The notes: generated by a model not told the origin, from the letters alone. A stretch of 64,000 nt of DNA from Promethearchaeota archaeon (GCA_019058445.1 JAHPZA010000006.1:256001-320000), one strand, 5' to 3'; positions 20,280 to 31,203 are shown, counted from the stretch's first letter. Translations and numbers: made by a program.

Positions 20280-21383
20280 CTATTTCTTAAGACTTCTAAT
20301 ATATTGATAAATTAATTCAGCAGTCACTTCTATACCACTTAAAGTACTAATTTCAGGTACATTGTGGCTAAATTTAACAGGTATTCCAACGAGAGCAGAA
20401 GGAATTCCTAACCATTTTTGTGTTTTTCCAGCATCAGAACCATACATTTCAAAAACCCCATTTTGATAGAAAATCTTATTTTTTTCTGCTACATTTGTTA
20501 GATCTTTACAAAAATCATAATCATAGATTCCTTTTCCAAGGCTATCTTGCCACACTATTACCGGTCCAGCATTAAGTTTAATATCTGAACTCACACTTTT
20601 AGGATCGGATACTATACCGATATCAATCCCAATTACTCGATCAATAGGATTATTTTTAACGAAAAACAATGCTCCTTCGGTTCCAATTTCTTCCCTTGTC
20701 GTGGCAACAATATAGACATCATAGGGAACTCTAATAATTCCAAATTCATCAACTAAGTTTTTTACAAGTTTATCAATTAGCACAAGATTGCAAGTAAGAG
20801 CTGCTAAATTATCCATGGAATATCCGGCAAGTATATCATTGTTAATTTCTGGATTTAACAATTCAAATTCTCCAGAGAATACAATTGGTGCTCCAATATG
20901 AATCTTATAATCATTAATTACTTCTTCTCTATTGGTTGCCCCTATAAATATTTCCAATTCTAGGGGATCAATTAATTCTTTCCCTCTTAATTTAGGAGGA
21001 GTTGAATGTGTTGACCTACCCGCAATAACTCCATTTATCCATACTCCGTCCTTATTTAAAATCTGGATTGTTTGTGAAACAAGCCATCGTCCCTCATACC
21101 CTCCTCGTTTTGAAAATTCTAAGGATCCATTTTTTTTTATTCTTCTCACAGTTCCTCCAATTTCATCAATATGAGATAGGATGGCAATTGCTTTTTTCCC
21201 TGTAGTCCCTTTAAACCTAACATAATAATTCCCTAGAGTATCAATTTTTACGGGAATTTGTTTATCCTTTAGAAGTTTTTCAACTTGATTTTTAAAAATT
21301 TCTCCACGAGCTTTTTCTAATCCCGAGGGAGCTCTTTCTGAGGCCAGATTTTTGATAATATTTAAGATTTCTTTTTTATTCAA
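20280..21383 (-). CDS. M42 family metallo-aminopeptidase (TET-like)
   Basis: SHIDEIG, SMDN, TREEIG, IDIG and late His ligand motifs. Confidence 0.88.
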   Translation of the reverse strand: MNKKEILNIIKNLASERAPSGLEKARGEIFKNQVEKLLKDKQIPVKIDTLGNYYVRFKGTTGKKAIAILSHIDEIGGTVRRIKKNGSLEFSKRGGYEGRWLVSQTIQILNKDGVWINGVIAGRSTHSTPPKLRGKELIDPLELEIFIGATNREEVINDYKIHIGAPIVFSGEFELLNPEINNDILAGYSMDNLAALTCNLVLIDKLVKNLVDEFGIIRVPYDVYIVATTREEIGTEGALFFVKNNPIDRVIGIDIGIVSDPKSVSSDIKLNAGPVIVWQDSLGKGIYDYDFCKDLTNVAEKNKIFYQNGVFEMYGSDAGKTQKWLGIPSALVGIPVKFSHNVPEISTLSGIEVTAELIYQYIRSLKK

Positions 21384-21565
21384 TGATGTTTCCCATTTTT
21401 CTTATATCTATTAAGGTGATTTTGTGAAAATTTATATTTATAATTTAACAGATTATAGATAGACTAAAAAATTTTGAGAATCTAATGTCTAGATGAACAT
21501 GATTAAATTCATAAAAGCCATAGATTTTCCAATGATATATTTTGAAGTAAAACGATAGTATATAA

Positions 21566-22006
21566 ATGATTAAAATGGAAGTTGGTCTTTTAAAAGAATT
21601 GCTTAACGTGGAGGATTCTTTAGAAATTGTAGTTAGATTTAATGATATTAATACTATGGGGACAGTTCATTTTAAAGAATTCTTGGATTATTTTGAAGAT
21701 GGATTTGTAAGTTTTATGAATAATATCCAAGATCCACTGGCAGTTAAGAATGCTCTTAAAAGTGGAATTGTATTCCCTGTAAAAAAACTTGATATAGAAT
21801 ATGAATCATCTGCTGAATTTGGAGATCACATAATTGTAAAAACGCGCATAAAAAGTATTGAGGACGATTCAATTTCATTTCTCCATGATATATATCGTGA
21901 ATCTGATAATGTTTTATTAGCGAAAGTTGTATGCGTTAGACTTGTTATGGAAGTAGATTCTAAAAAATTAGTGAATGTAAAGCAATTCTTTAGTGAATTT
22001 GTTTAA
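21566..22006 (+). CDS. Hot-dog fold acyl-CoA thioesterase (YbgC/FadM-like)
   Basis: VRFNDINTMGTVHFKEFLDYFE motif, 146 aa. Confidence 0.8.
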   Translation: MIKMEVGLLKELLNVEDSLEIVVRFNDINTMGTVHFKEFLDYFEDGFVSFMNNIQDPLAVKNALKSGIVFPVKKLDIEYESSAEFGDHIIVKTRIKSIEDDSISFLHDIYRESDNVLLAKVVCVRLVMEVDSKKLVNVKQFFSEFV

Positions 22007-22056
22007 AATATTTCAATAAGCTAAAATATTGTAACAAAAATAAGTTACTTTAGGAA

Positions 22057-22713
22057 TTAATTATCAGGAGCCATTGGAATAATTCTATTAATTAACTGTC
22101 TTCCACATTCAGTAAAACTTCGATAAATATTTCTTCGAAATTTATAGAGAGCACATGTTTCATAAATTATAGGATTATAATTATGTAAATCATGGCCAAG
22201 TTCAAACCAAAGTTGTTCCTCTTTAAGAATTTGCAGAAATTCTGCTTCTCCAATAACATCTGTGAGATCTTGTTTATTTAACATAATGATTAAGGGTATA
22301 TCTTTTATTAGTTTACCTTTTGCGACGTTTTTTAATTCTTTTAATGATTCAATATTATCTTCAAATAATTTAGTTTGGGAATCAACAACAAATATAACTC
22401 CATCCGTTCCAAGAAATACTTTTTCTCTTAAAGCAGAAAAGCTGCTTTGCCCAGCCACAGTCCAAATATGATAAAAGACTTGTTTCTGTTTTTTAGATTG
22501 AAACACCCCCCTATCAAAATATAAAGTGTGTCCGCTTGCTCTCTCAATTTTTGTGAGTGTGCCCACTGGAAGAACATCTTTATTTTGTTCTTGTGTTAAT
22601 TGATATAGCGTATCAACTATGGTAGTCTTTCCCGAACCAGACATCCCCCAATAAAGAATTTTTATGTATATTTTATTGTCTTCCGTAATTTGAACCAAAT
22701 TATATCTCACCAA
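22057..22713 (-). CDS. Small GTPase, MglA/Arf-like
   Basis: G1 GMSGSGKTT, G2 HTLYFD, G3 TVAGQ, DGVIFVVDS, G4 NKQD and G5 TCA. Confidence 0.9.
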   Translation of the reverse strand: MVRYNLVQITEDNKIYIKILYWGMSGSGKTTIVDTLYQLTQEQNKDVLPVGTLTKIERASGHTLYFDRGVFQSKKQKQVFYHIWTVAGQSSFSALREKVFLGTDGVIFVVDSQTKLFEDNIESLKELKNVAKGKLIKDIPLIIMLNKQDLTDVIGEAEFLQILKEEQLWFELGHDLHNYNPIIYETCALYKFRRNIYRSFTECGRQLINRIIPMAPDN

Positions 22714-22954
22714 GCTGAGGATAAAAATTTCGAGAGACCATTAACTTTTACATAATAAAAGACTATTCGGTTTTACACTCCTCATATCTGATTATGCAAT
22801 AATAATCCATCTTAGATATATTTAATATTGCTCTCTGATATTTATAACTTATTCTTTAAGAAATAAGATATTTCGTATTTAATTTCACCTTATAATTTGT
22901 GAGCAATTTTATCAGATACCACGGTAATTTTAAATTAAATAAAAAGAAATAGAT

Positions 22955-24061
22955 TTAATTTGTCGTGATTTTTGGTGGCGGCACATATACCTCTCTTGTT
23001 CCGGTTCTCTTCAAATTAATTGCGTTCTCAGGACAATGATGAGCACAAACACCACAGCCAATACATTTATTTTCATTAATAAAGGCAATCGTATCTTTTA
23101 AATCTATGGCTTCCATTGGACATCTTTCAACACATGTTCCACAACCTATACATTCTGAATCATTCACTTTTGCTAAATAACTGGTATAACAGTGATATGG
23201 TGAGATCCCTCTATAATACATTTGAAAAATACCACAACAACATTTACAACAATTGCATATTGCTTCTTCTTCTAATTCAGGTTTTAAATGCACATGAAAT
23301 GCTTTATGAACAAGCCCCTCATCCTCAGATAACTTTAAGACCTTTTTTGCGTCATCCTTGCTGATAGGTTTTCCAAAATTATGTTCAATTACAAATTGTG
23401 CGCTTTTACCAAATAATAAACAATTTGTTCTTTCTTGAGTTACTTTACATGGATCGTCTAACAGGTCTTTTTCATGGCGACAATAGCAATGTGTATAAGC
23501 AATATCATCATATTTATCAATTATTTTTGAAACCTCTTCATAAGGAATAATCTTTTCTGCCGGAAGTTCTTCTATCTCACCTTCAACGGGAACAATTCGA
23601 TTTACTGGAGGGAAGTTCTTAAATCCCTTAACAACTGTTTCATAACTTCTTTGGGTAGCCTCACTCATTCCTCTAAATAATTTATCGAATGTTTCTGCTA
23701 ATTTTTTCTGTTTTTCTCCCGTCTCTCCCCTCATTAATGTATATTCGAACATTCCTGGAAAAGGACCAAGCAGTCTATATACTTTTATGCCAGTTCTTCT
23801 ACTGGTCGTACCTACCACAATTCCATCCTGCATCAATCCGTATAACATCTTATGGAGGGAATCATCATCTAGATCGATTTTATCTTTAATTTGATCTATG
23901 CTTAAGCTCGGTTTTCTATTATAGACTTTAGATACAAATTGAGCTTGTTCTTCTGTCATTATAGTTTGTAGTAATTCAATAAGAGTCTCATTAATGGGCA
24001 TTGGCATTTGACCAGCTTTAGCTACCGTTCTTGCCGCTTTATACCATAATTGTTCAGACAT
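22955..24061 (-). CDS. Iron-sulfur protein (N-terminal helical/wHTH region, Cys-rich core, C-terminal 2x[4Fe-4S] ferredoxin)
   Basis: CYCRHEK, ICNCCKCCCG, CIGCGTCVERCP and CIGCGVCAHHCP. Confidence 0.88.
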   Translation of the reverse strand: MSEQLWYKAARTVAKAGQMPMPINETLIELLQTIMTEEQAQFVSKVYNRKPSLSIDQIKDKIDLDDDSLHKMLYGLMQDGIVVGTTSRRTGIKVYRLLGPFPGMFEYTLMRGETGEKQKKLAETFDKLFRGMSEATQRSYETVVKGFKNFPPVNRIVPVEGEIEELPAEKIIPYEEVSKIIDKYDDIAYTHCYCRHEKDLLDDPCKVTQERTNCLLFGKSAQFVIEHNFGKPISKDDAKKVLKLSEDEGLVHKAFHVHLKPELEEEAICNCCKCCCGIFQMYYRGISPYHCYTSYLAKVNDSECIGCGTCVERCPMEAIDLKDTIAFINENKCIGCGVCAHHCPENAINLKRTGTREVYVPPPKITTN

Positions 24062-24265
24062 CTTTTTTTCCTATTTTTTTGATAACATCTAAATTAAAAC
24101 TACATAGGATAAGAGATTCATAATTTAATTATCTTATGTAAAAATTTCATAAGAAACTAGGGATAATTAAACTGATAAGCCAAACATAAAATAAGTATAA
24201 AAATACTGAAATTTAATATTAAAAAAAGAAATTATCTTTTAACCAAAAAATCAAATTAAAGGTTA

Positions 24266-25672
24266 ATGATGAAAGAGAGTAATAACGTCTATACTTCACA
24301 TTCCAAAAAGAATATGGCTTCTTATGGTTTTGCTAAAGCTCTCAGCCAATTTATTAGTATAGGGTTTACTGCATTTGGTTTTTATTATTATGAAAGTGAA
24401 ATTGGATTAAATGTTTGGCTTGTAGGCTTAGGATATATAATCTATGCTATATATAACGCGATTAATGATCCTTTAGTTGGGTACTTAACGAATAAACCCT
24501 TTAAATTTACCAAAAAATGGGGAAGAAGATTTCCATGGATCATGCTTGGAGGAACTCTATGGGTAATCAGTTATATTCTAATTTTCACACCGCCGAACGT
24601 CAACCCCGAATCAGAATCTGGAGCATTGATTCTATTTGCGTGGCTTGTATTTGCTGCTTGTCTTTTTGATACGTTTGCTTCAATTTTTTTCGTAAACTTC
24701 TCATCTCTGTTCCCAGATAAGTTTAGATCAATTGAGGAACGGAGAACTGCGAATGCCGTAGCTACGCCAATCGGACTTGTTGGGACCACTCTTGCCGTGA
24801 TTTTACCACCCTTTTTTATTACTTTCGGTGATCTACGATCATATATTATTCAAGCGGGAGTAATGGTTACTTTTGGCCTTATTATTTTGGCTCTTTCAAT
24901 TCCCGGTTGTCGTGAAGATCAAGAGACTATTGATCGATACCTTGCTACACATATCGATAAAACAGAAAGAGAATCTTTCTTTGGAACCATGAAATCAGCA
25001 TTAAAGCAAAAAAGTTTTGTCGTATTTATTATTACCTATACATTATATCAAAGTTTAGTCATTTGTATTCAGACATCAGTTCCTTATGTTGTACGTTTCA
25101 TTTTGGAAATGCCAGCAAGCGCTATAATATTGGTTTCAATGGGATTTCTATTAGGAAGCGTTCTTTCGATTCCTTTGTGGAATAAATTGGCTCAAAAAAC
25201 AAATAATAATCGGAAAACATTTTTGATTGCATGTATTTTTATGGCAATTTCTGCGGCACCTTTAATATTCACTAAAAGTTATATAGGGATTATTATTGGG
25301 ATGACATTGGTGGGTGTTGGTATTGGAGGTACATGGATCATGTTAGCTCCAGTATTAGCCGATGTGATTGATGAATCAGTCGTAAGAACTGGAAAACGGG
25401 AAGAAGGTATTTACAATGGATTTCAACAATTTTTTGGTCGTATAGCGATTCTTATCCAAGCAATAACTTTCGTGGTAGTACATACCCTCACAGGATTCAA
25501 AGAAGGCGCATCAACTCAAACCCCCGAAGCAATATTTGGGATCCACATCCATTTTGCTTTAATGCCTATGATTTTTATGCTCATAGGATGCATAATCTTC
25601 TGGAAATGGTATGACCTCACCCCTGATAAAGTAAAAATCAATCAGGACAAAGTTAAAGAACTTGGACTTTAA
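24266..25672 (+). CDS. MFS transporter, GPH/MelB-like
   Basis: NAINDP, WGRRFPW and TGKREEGIY motifs; tandem paralog of the next gene. Confidence 0.9.
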   Translation: MMKESNNVYTSHSKKNMASYGFAKALSQFISIGFTAFGFYYYESEIGLNVWLVGLGYIIYAIYNAINDPLVGYLTNKPFKFTKKWGRRFPWIMLGGTLWVISYILIFTPPNVNPESESGALILFAWLVFAACLFDTFASIFFVNFSSLFPDKFRSIEERRTANAVATPIGLVGTTLAVILPPFFITFGDLRSYIIQAGVMVTFGLIILALSIPGCREDQETIDRYLATHIDKTERESFFGTMKSALKQKSFVVFIITYTLYQSLVICIQTSVPYVVRFILEMPASAIILVSMGFLLGSVLSIPLWNKLAQKTNNNRKTFLIACIFMAISAAPLIFTKSYIGIIIGMTLVGVGIGGTWIMLAPVLADVIDESVVRTGKREEGIYNGFQQFFGRIAILIQAITFVVVHTLTGFKEGASTQTPEAIFGIHIHFALMPMIFMLIGCIIFWKWYDLTPDKVKINQDKVKELGL

Positions 25673-25800
25673 ATTTTTCTCACATCTATTTTAATAATTT
25701 TTCATGAAACAAAAAAAATTTAGATTAACTATAAAAATACCGATATCTAATATTTAAAAAACAAATTCAATTTTTTAAAAAAATATTTTAGGTAATTAAT

Positions 25801-27192
25801 ATGGAAAATATTGTACATTCAAAAAGAAGTATGGCATCCTATGGATGTGCTAAAGCTTTGAATGAATTTTTCAATATGGCATTTATGGCTTTTGGTTTCT
25901 TTTTTTACGAGACAGAAATAGGTTTAAATGTCTGGTATGTTGGACTTGGTTTTATCGTCTTTGCTATATGGAATGCTATTAACGACCCTCTTGTAGGATA
26001 TTTAACTGATCGTCCGTTCAAATTTACAAGGAAATGGGGTAGAAGATTTCCTTGGATAATGTTGGGAGGATCTTGTTGGATTCTTAGTTATATTCTCATC
26101 TTCATTCCACCTAATGTCAATCCACAATCAGGAGCTTGGATCATTTTTTTATGGCTCGTTTCTGCCACTTGTATTTACGATTTATTTGCTTCAATATTTT
26201 TTGTGAATTTTGCCGCTCTTTTCCCCGATAAATTCCGATCAGTAGAAGAACGACGAAAAGTTAACGCGATCGCTACTCCAATAGGGATTTTGGGTATTGT
26301 GACTGGAGGAATTGTACCACCACTTTTTATTGAATTTGGAAATACCACTTCGTATATTATCCAAGCGGGTATGATGATTATTATTGCTCTTGTCATTTTA
26401 GCGCTCTCTATTCCTGGTTGCCGCGATGATAAAGAAATAGTGGAACGTTACCTTACAACATTTGAAACAAGGAAAGTAGAAGAAGAGTCATTTTTTAAGT
26501 CCTTGAGAGTTGCCATGAAGCAAAAGTCGTTTGTATACTTTATCCTTGCATATCTTTGTTATCAAACTTGTACAACGCTCATGCAAACATCTGTTTCATA
26601 TGTTATACGATTTATTTTAAAATTGCCGGCAAGTGCTATGATTTTAATAATGTTAGCACTTCTTGTTGGAGCAGTGATTTCAATTCCTTTCTGGATAAAG
26701 TTTGCCAATAAAACAAATGACAATAGAAAAATAATAATGACCGCTGGATCATTGATGGTGATAGCTACAGCTCCGTTAATATTCCTAGAGAATTATATTG
26801 CCGTTGTTATCGCAATGTTTATTTGGGGTTTATGTTTCGGGGGTTATTGGGTAATGTTAGCACCGGTTTTAGCCGATGTAATTGATGAGTCCGTAGTAAG
26901 AACAGGTAAGCGTGAAGAAGGTGTATATAATGGATTTCAGCAATTCTTTGGTCGCCTTTCTTTTCTCTTTTCTGCTCTATCCATTGCGATTGTTCATACA
27001 CTCACAGGATTTAAGGAAGGAGCAGGACCAGAAGCTCAACCCCCTCTAGCAATAATAGGAATTCACATACATTTTGGATTAATCCCAATGATTTTTATGC
27101 TTGTGTCTGTTATCTTATTATGGAAAGGGTACGACCTAGTTCCTGAAAAAGTAAAAGCCCATCAAGAAAAAATCAAGGAAATGGGTCTTTAA
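25801..27192 (+). CDS. MFS transporter, GPH/MelB-like
   Basis: NAINDP, WGRRFPW and TGKREEGVY motifs; long identical stretches with the upstream paralog. Confidence 0.9.
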   Translation: MENIVHSKRSMASYGCAKALNEFFNMAFMAFGFFFYETEIGLNVWYVGLGFIVFAIWNAINDPLVGYLTDRPFKFTRKWGRRFPWIMLGGSCWILSYILIFIPPNVNPQSGAWIIFLWLVSATCIYDLFASIFFVNFAALFPDKFRSVEERRKVNAIATPIGILGIVTGGIVPPLFIEFGNTTSYIIQAGMMIIIALVILALSIPGCRDDKEIVERYLTTFETRKVEEESFFKSLRVAMKQKSFVYFILAYLCYQTCTTLMQTSVSYVIRFILKLPASAMILIMLALLVGAVISIPFWIKFANKTNDNRKIIMTAGSLMVIATAPLIFLENYIAVVIAMFIWGLCFGGYWVMLAPVLADVIDESVVRTGKREEGVYNGFQQFFGRLSFLFSALSIAIVHTLTGFKEGAGPEAQPPLAIIGIHIHFGLIPMIFMLVSVILLWKGYDLVPEKVKAHQEKIKEMGL

Positions 27193-27483
27193 ATAAAATC
27201 ATAATATCTAAATCTTTTTTTTTCTCTTTTTAAATATATTAATCCCAATTCTACCAATCTAAAAAGCCATTGGTTTCTTCTCCATAATATTGTAAGTCTG
27301 TAGTAATGAATTAAAAACCCTCTCCAAATCAATAATAGATATAGTGTTTCATCAATATGATCTTATTTTATTTGTAAAAAACAAGATTTTAATATAAAAA
27401 GGATTATATTCTTTATATTATTCTAAATAAATAATATAGAACAAGGGGTTACTAATATATTTAACAAGTGAGGTTAAAAAATA

Positions 27484-28359
27484 TTGACCACCATTAAATT
27501 AACTTGCCCTTCCTGCAAAAAAAAAGGAATTATTGAAATCTCTGATGAATCTATAAAAAATGTGTCTCGTGGACTTCTTGCCATTAATGTTACACCAGAT
27601 ATAATCTGTGAACATACTTTTATTGCGTATGTGGATAAAAATCTAGCTGTTAGAGATTATTTTATTGCAGATTTTCAGATAGAAATACCAGAACTAGATG
27701 AAATTAAATTAAAAGAAGCAAAAGAAATAATCGAGAAGGATAAATTAAATTTAGACGCAATCAAGCTTAATTTATCTGCGAATTTAATAACTCATGTTCT
27801 TAAATCAATTTTTTATAATAAAAAAATAGCTATAATCTCAGATTTATCCTATTTAAACGAGCACATCATCAATTTCTTCAGACAATTAATCGAAGGTTCG
27901 TTTGATGCATATATCTCAGTAATATCAGTGGATGAGTATAAAAGTAACAAAAAGAATTATAAGGAACATATAGTCCTCAAAGGTAAAGATATTATAAGAG
28001 ATGATGAGAAAATCATAAATCCTAAAAGATTAAAAGTTGAAAAACAAATGGTCAGTCATTTCTTCATGCAGTTAGATCCAATAAACAGCTTTTTTGAACT
28101 CAAAAACGAAATTCGCAAAACGTTTCGATTGTCGCAATCTATAGTTAATTTTACCAGTCAATTTAAAAAAGACGTAACAATTGATTCTGAGTTAGTCATT
28201 GATCATTTAGAAAAGGAATTCAATTTTAAAATAGATAATAATTACTTAGAATTCTTATTAGGAATTGTTGATGTTAATTTCGGGGTTAAAAACATAAAAG
28301 CCGTAGGGTTAAAAGATTATTTGAAATTTTCTACCACCACTTTTAGACCAAAATTATAA
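27484..28359 (+). CDS. Hypothetical protein with N-terminal zinc ribbon
   Basis: CPSC...CEH motif; TTG start with GAGGT SD. Confidence 0.75.
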   Translation: MTTIKLTCPSCKKKGIIEISDESIKNVSRGLLAINVTPDIICEHTFIAYVDKNLAVRDYFIADFQIEIPELDEIKLKEAKEIIEKDKLNLDAIKLNLSANLITHVLKSIFYNKKIAIISDLSYLNEHIINFFRQLIEGSFDAYISVISVDEYKSNKKNYKEHIVLKGKDIIRDDEKIINPKRLKVEKQMVSHFFMQLDPINSFFELKNEIRKTFRLSQSIVNFTSQFKKDVTIDSELVIDHLEKEFNFKIDNNYLEFLLGIVDVNFGVKNIKAVGLKDYLKFSTTTFRPKL

Positions 28360-28374
28360 GTTCCAAAAGAGACA

Positions 28375-29952
28375 TTAATATTGACAATCTCTCCTAACAT
28401 AACTCTCTGTAAATCTAAGATTTTTTCTCATTAGCTTTAAAAGTAGCTCTATTTTTATGTTAGTGACTGTACCATCATCCCATAGATTATTCATTTCATC
28501 AGGGTCGTCATTGAGGTTGAATAACTCGCCATGCTCACGAAAAACTGTTATCCTCCAGTTATCAGTAATTAATGTCCTTGTTTTTTCATTAATATACTCA
28601 TCATCCATTTCAACCAGGATATTCTCATTAATTTTCTCATTTGGATTTTGCAAAAGTGGAACCATACTTCTTCCTTGCATAAATTCTGGTATAGATAATC
28701 CCGCCAGGTCTAAGATGGTTTCTGGAATATCAATTGAACTTACTAGTGATGAACACACTTTTTTCTTTAGACCCTTAGGGATCTTCATTATAAAAGGGAT
28801 ATTAATTAAACCTCGGTATAAAAACGGTCCTTTAAAAAAGAATTTATGCTCACCCCCTAAATCCCCGTGATCTGTAGCATAGATGATCACGGTATTCTTA
28901 GCTAAACCTGTTTTTTCTAATACATCTAAAATTTCTCCAATCGCATCATCAATCATTTTTTCCATTCCATATGAAGCAGCAATAACTCGCTTAGCATCCA
29001 ATTCTGTTAAATCTTTCGCTTTAGGAAATAGAAGTCGTACCGTTCCTTCAGTATTTAACAATTTAAAATAATGTTCTTTATTTAATGATGTACTATTTTC
29101 ATGATTATCATTAAATGAAGTAGGAAGGATAATATCCTCTGGCTTAAACATGTCAAAATATTCTTTCGGTGGACTAAAGGGATGATGTGGGTCGGGAAAT
29201 GAGCAAAACATGAAAAAATTATCCTTAGAATATGTTCCATCTTGAAATTTATGCAAATATTCAATGACGTGCTCCTTCACAAAAGTCGTAGAATAAAGGT
29301 CTTTAGGGATATCATGGTTCCATACTTGTAGCTTTTTAAATGAGCCCTCTTCTTTCGGGGTCATTAACTTAGCGTATTTTCTTAGAATATCTCGATCCGT
29401 GTCTTCAGGTTCAATTCTCAATCTTAGCTGTAAATTCTCATCCAGATTTACTTTTGATACCACCCAGTTGAGAAAGTCTGGGTGTCCACACAAAATTCCA
29501 TGTCCTGATACCAGCTTAACTTCTTCAAGTCCAAAGTAAGGAGTATGATTCGTTAATTTTTTATAATATTTTGGCAGAGCAAATTCTTGACTTTCAAGAT
29601 CACCATTAAATTGTTTATTTGTTGCTCCAAAATAGTTTAAATGAATTTTTCCAAAATTGGCTGTATGATATCCATTTTCTCTTAAGATATCTACAAATGT
29701 CCTTGTCCCTTGGGGAAGATTTCTACCATTAGTCGTAACTCCATGAACTGAGGGATATTGACCAGTAAAAATAGTACTTCTATTTGGCATACAGATAGGA
29801 TTATTACAGTAAAAATTGGTAAATTTAATCCCTTCATTTGCGATTTTATCAATATTAGCTGTCTTCAAAACCAAATTATCATTATAACAACTTAAATGAT
29901 CCTTACGTTGTTGATCAGTAAAAATAAATAAAAAATTCATTTTTTCGGTCAT
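28375..29952 (-). CDS. Formylglycine-dependent sulfatase (S1 family)
   Basis: FTDQQR, CMPNR (CxPxR), GKIH, FPDPHHP and DHGD. No signal peptide. Confidence 0.92.
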   Translation of the reverse strand: MTEKMNFLFIFTDQQRKDHLSCYNDNLVLKTANIDKIANEGIKFTNFYCNNPICMPNRSTIFTGQYPSVHGVTTNGRNLPQGTRTFVDILRENGYHTANFGKIHLNYFGATNKQFNGDLESQEFALPKYYKKLTNHTPYFGLEEVKLVSGHGILCGHPDFLNWVVSKVNLDENLQLRLRIEPEDTDRDILRKYAKLMTPKEEGSFKKLQVWNHDIPKDLYSTTFVKEHVIEYLHKFQDGTYSKDNFFMFCSFPDPHHPFSPPKEYFDMFKPEDIILPTSFNDNHENSTSLNKEHYFKLLNTEGTVRLLFPKAKDLTELDAKRVIAASYGMEKMIDDAIGEILDVLEKTGLAKNTVIIYATDHGDLGGEHKFFFKGPFLYRGLINIPFIMKIPKGLKKKVCSSLVSSIDIPETILDLAGLSIPEFMQGRSMVPLLQNPNEKINENILVEMDDEYINEKTRTLITDNWRITVFREHGELFNLNDDPDEMNNLWDDGTVTNIKIELLLKLMRKNLRFTESYVRRDCQY

Positions 29953-30077
29953 TTTTAGGCTTCCATTTTTTGGATTAAACTCAAGATGTAATTTATCTAG
30001 TTGTTTATGTTAAAACAAGGAAAATTATAAACTTTTGAATTGGATTAATAAATTATTTAATAGATTAAATTAAGGAA

Positions 30078-30968
30078 TTAAAAATTGTCATTATTTTTTG
30101 ATTTTAATCTGATAAGATCACTATGATATCTCTTCATTTCTTCAATATTTCCTTTTCCAATAATAAAAACACTAATGATGGGTAAATCGTCTTTCTTATA
30201 ATAAATTCCCATCGAATAATCCCTAAATCTAAGTATAATTGATTCCGTCTCAATATTAGCTGCTGATTGATAGGATTTAAGTGCACCTGCTAAAGAAATA
30301 ATTAAACCAGAATCGAATGTTAAATTTCCCGCTTCATTCTTAATTGGATTGTGTAGATAACTGTCAGTATTATAATTTCCTATTTCTTCTAATTTATATC
30401 CGTCTTCGCTCTTCACCTCTTTTTCTATTGATAATAATGAAATTGGAATATAATTTGAAGAATGAACTTGAGAAGTTGTTAGATTGCCTAATTCATTCAT
30501 TATTCTATCAGGAGTATACCCTCTTTCTTGAAGTTTTTTTTCAAAATAAGTGGTTGACTTGCTTTTAAAAATAGGATCTATCCTGTTTTCTATGATTTCA
30601 GGAATTATATCCCGTGTAGCGCCAAGTAAGGCTCCTATTGAACTTTTATTAATAGGGGTTTTCCCATAGGGGGTTTGGATGAATAACCTAATTTTATTTT
30701 TTAGTTCTAAGTCTTTACTAATAACTTCTATGACTTCAACTTGTATATTATTAACGAGATCAAAACCGTAGAAGTCAGCTGATCTTCCAATTTTTTTTCT
30801 TGTTTCCTCGGCAAGTATATCAATTGTATGTAAAAAACTTGACATTATGATATAGCTATCATCATCAGATTCATACGGTAAATTAAATAATGGTACTCCA
30901 TTCAAAGTAATATAAACCGCGATTTTTTCATTCAAATTTCTTTTCTCTACAACAGCTTCTTTACTCAT
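30078..30968 (-). CDS. Hypothetical protein, possibly tandem longin-like domains
   Basis: NGVPLF...DSYIIMSSFLHTIDILAEE and a second DSGLIISLAGALKSY unit followed by beta strands. Start placed at ATG 30968. Confidence 0.6.
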   Translation of the reverse strand: MSKEAVVEKRNLNEKIAVYITLNGVPLFNLPYESDDDSYIIMSSFLHTIDILAEETRKKIGRSADFYGFDLVNNIQVEVIEVISKDLELKNKIRLFIQTPYGKTPINKSSIGALLGATRDIIPEIIENRIDPIFKSKSTTYFEKKLQERGYTPDRIMNELGNLTTSQVHSSNYIPISLLSIEKEVKSEDGYKLEEIGNYNTDSYLHNPIKNEAGNLTFDSGLIISLAGALKSYQSAANIETESIILRFRDYSMGIYYKKDDLPIISVFIIGKGNIEEMKRYHSDLIRLKSKNNDNF

Positions 30969-31203
30969 AGTTTGGTTTTTGCTTAATTTAAGTTTATCTT
31001 TTACAAAATACACATTATACCAAATATTGCCTAATAGTTCATTAAATATTAATTCTCCTTAATTATCAAAGATAATTATTAAAGATTATAACAAAAAATT
31101 AACTATATAAATATAACTTATTTATTTTATAAAATCTATATTTGTTTGCCTCTCTTAGGTCAAATACTTCTCTCCAATAATTAATGTACTGATCTTTGGT
31201 AGC

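Noticed and set aside
27195-27370. Short minus-strand open frames between the MFS and zinc-ribbon genes
   Set aside because: No SD or convincing start and no recognisable motif; cannot be distinguished from chance.
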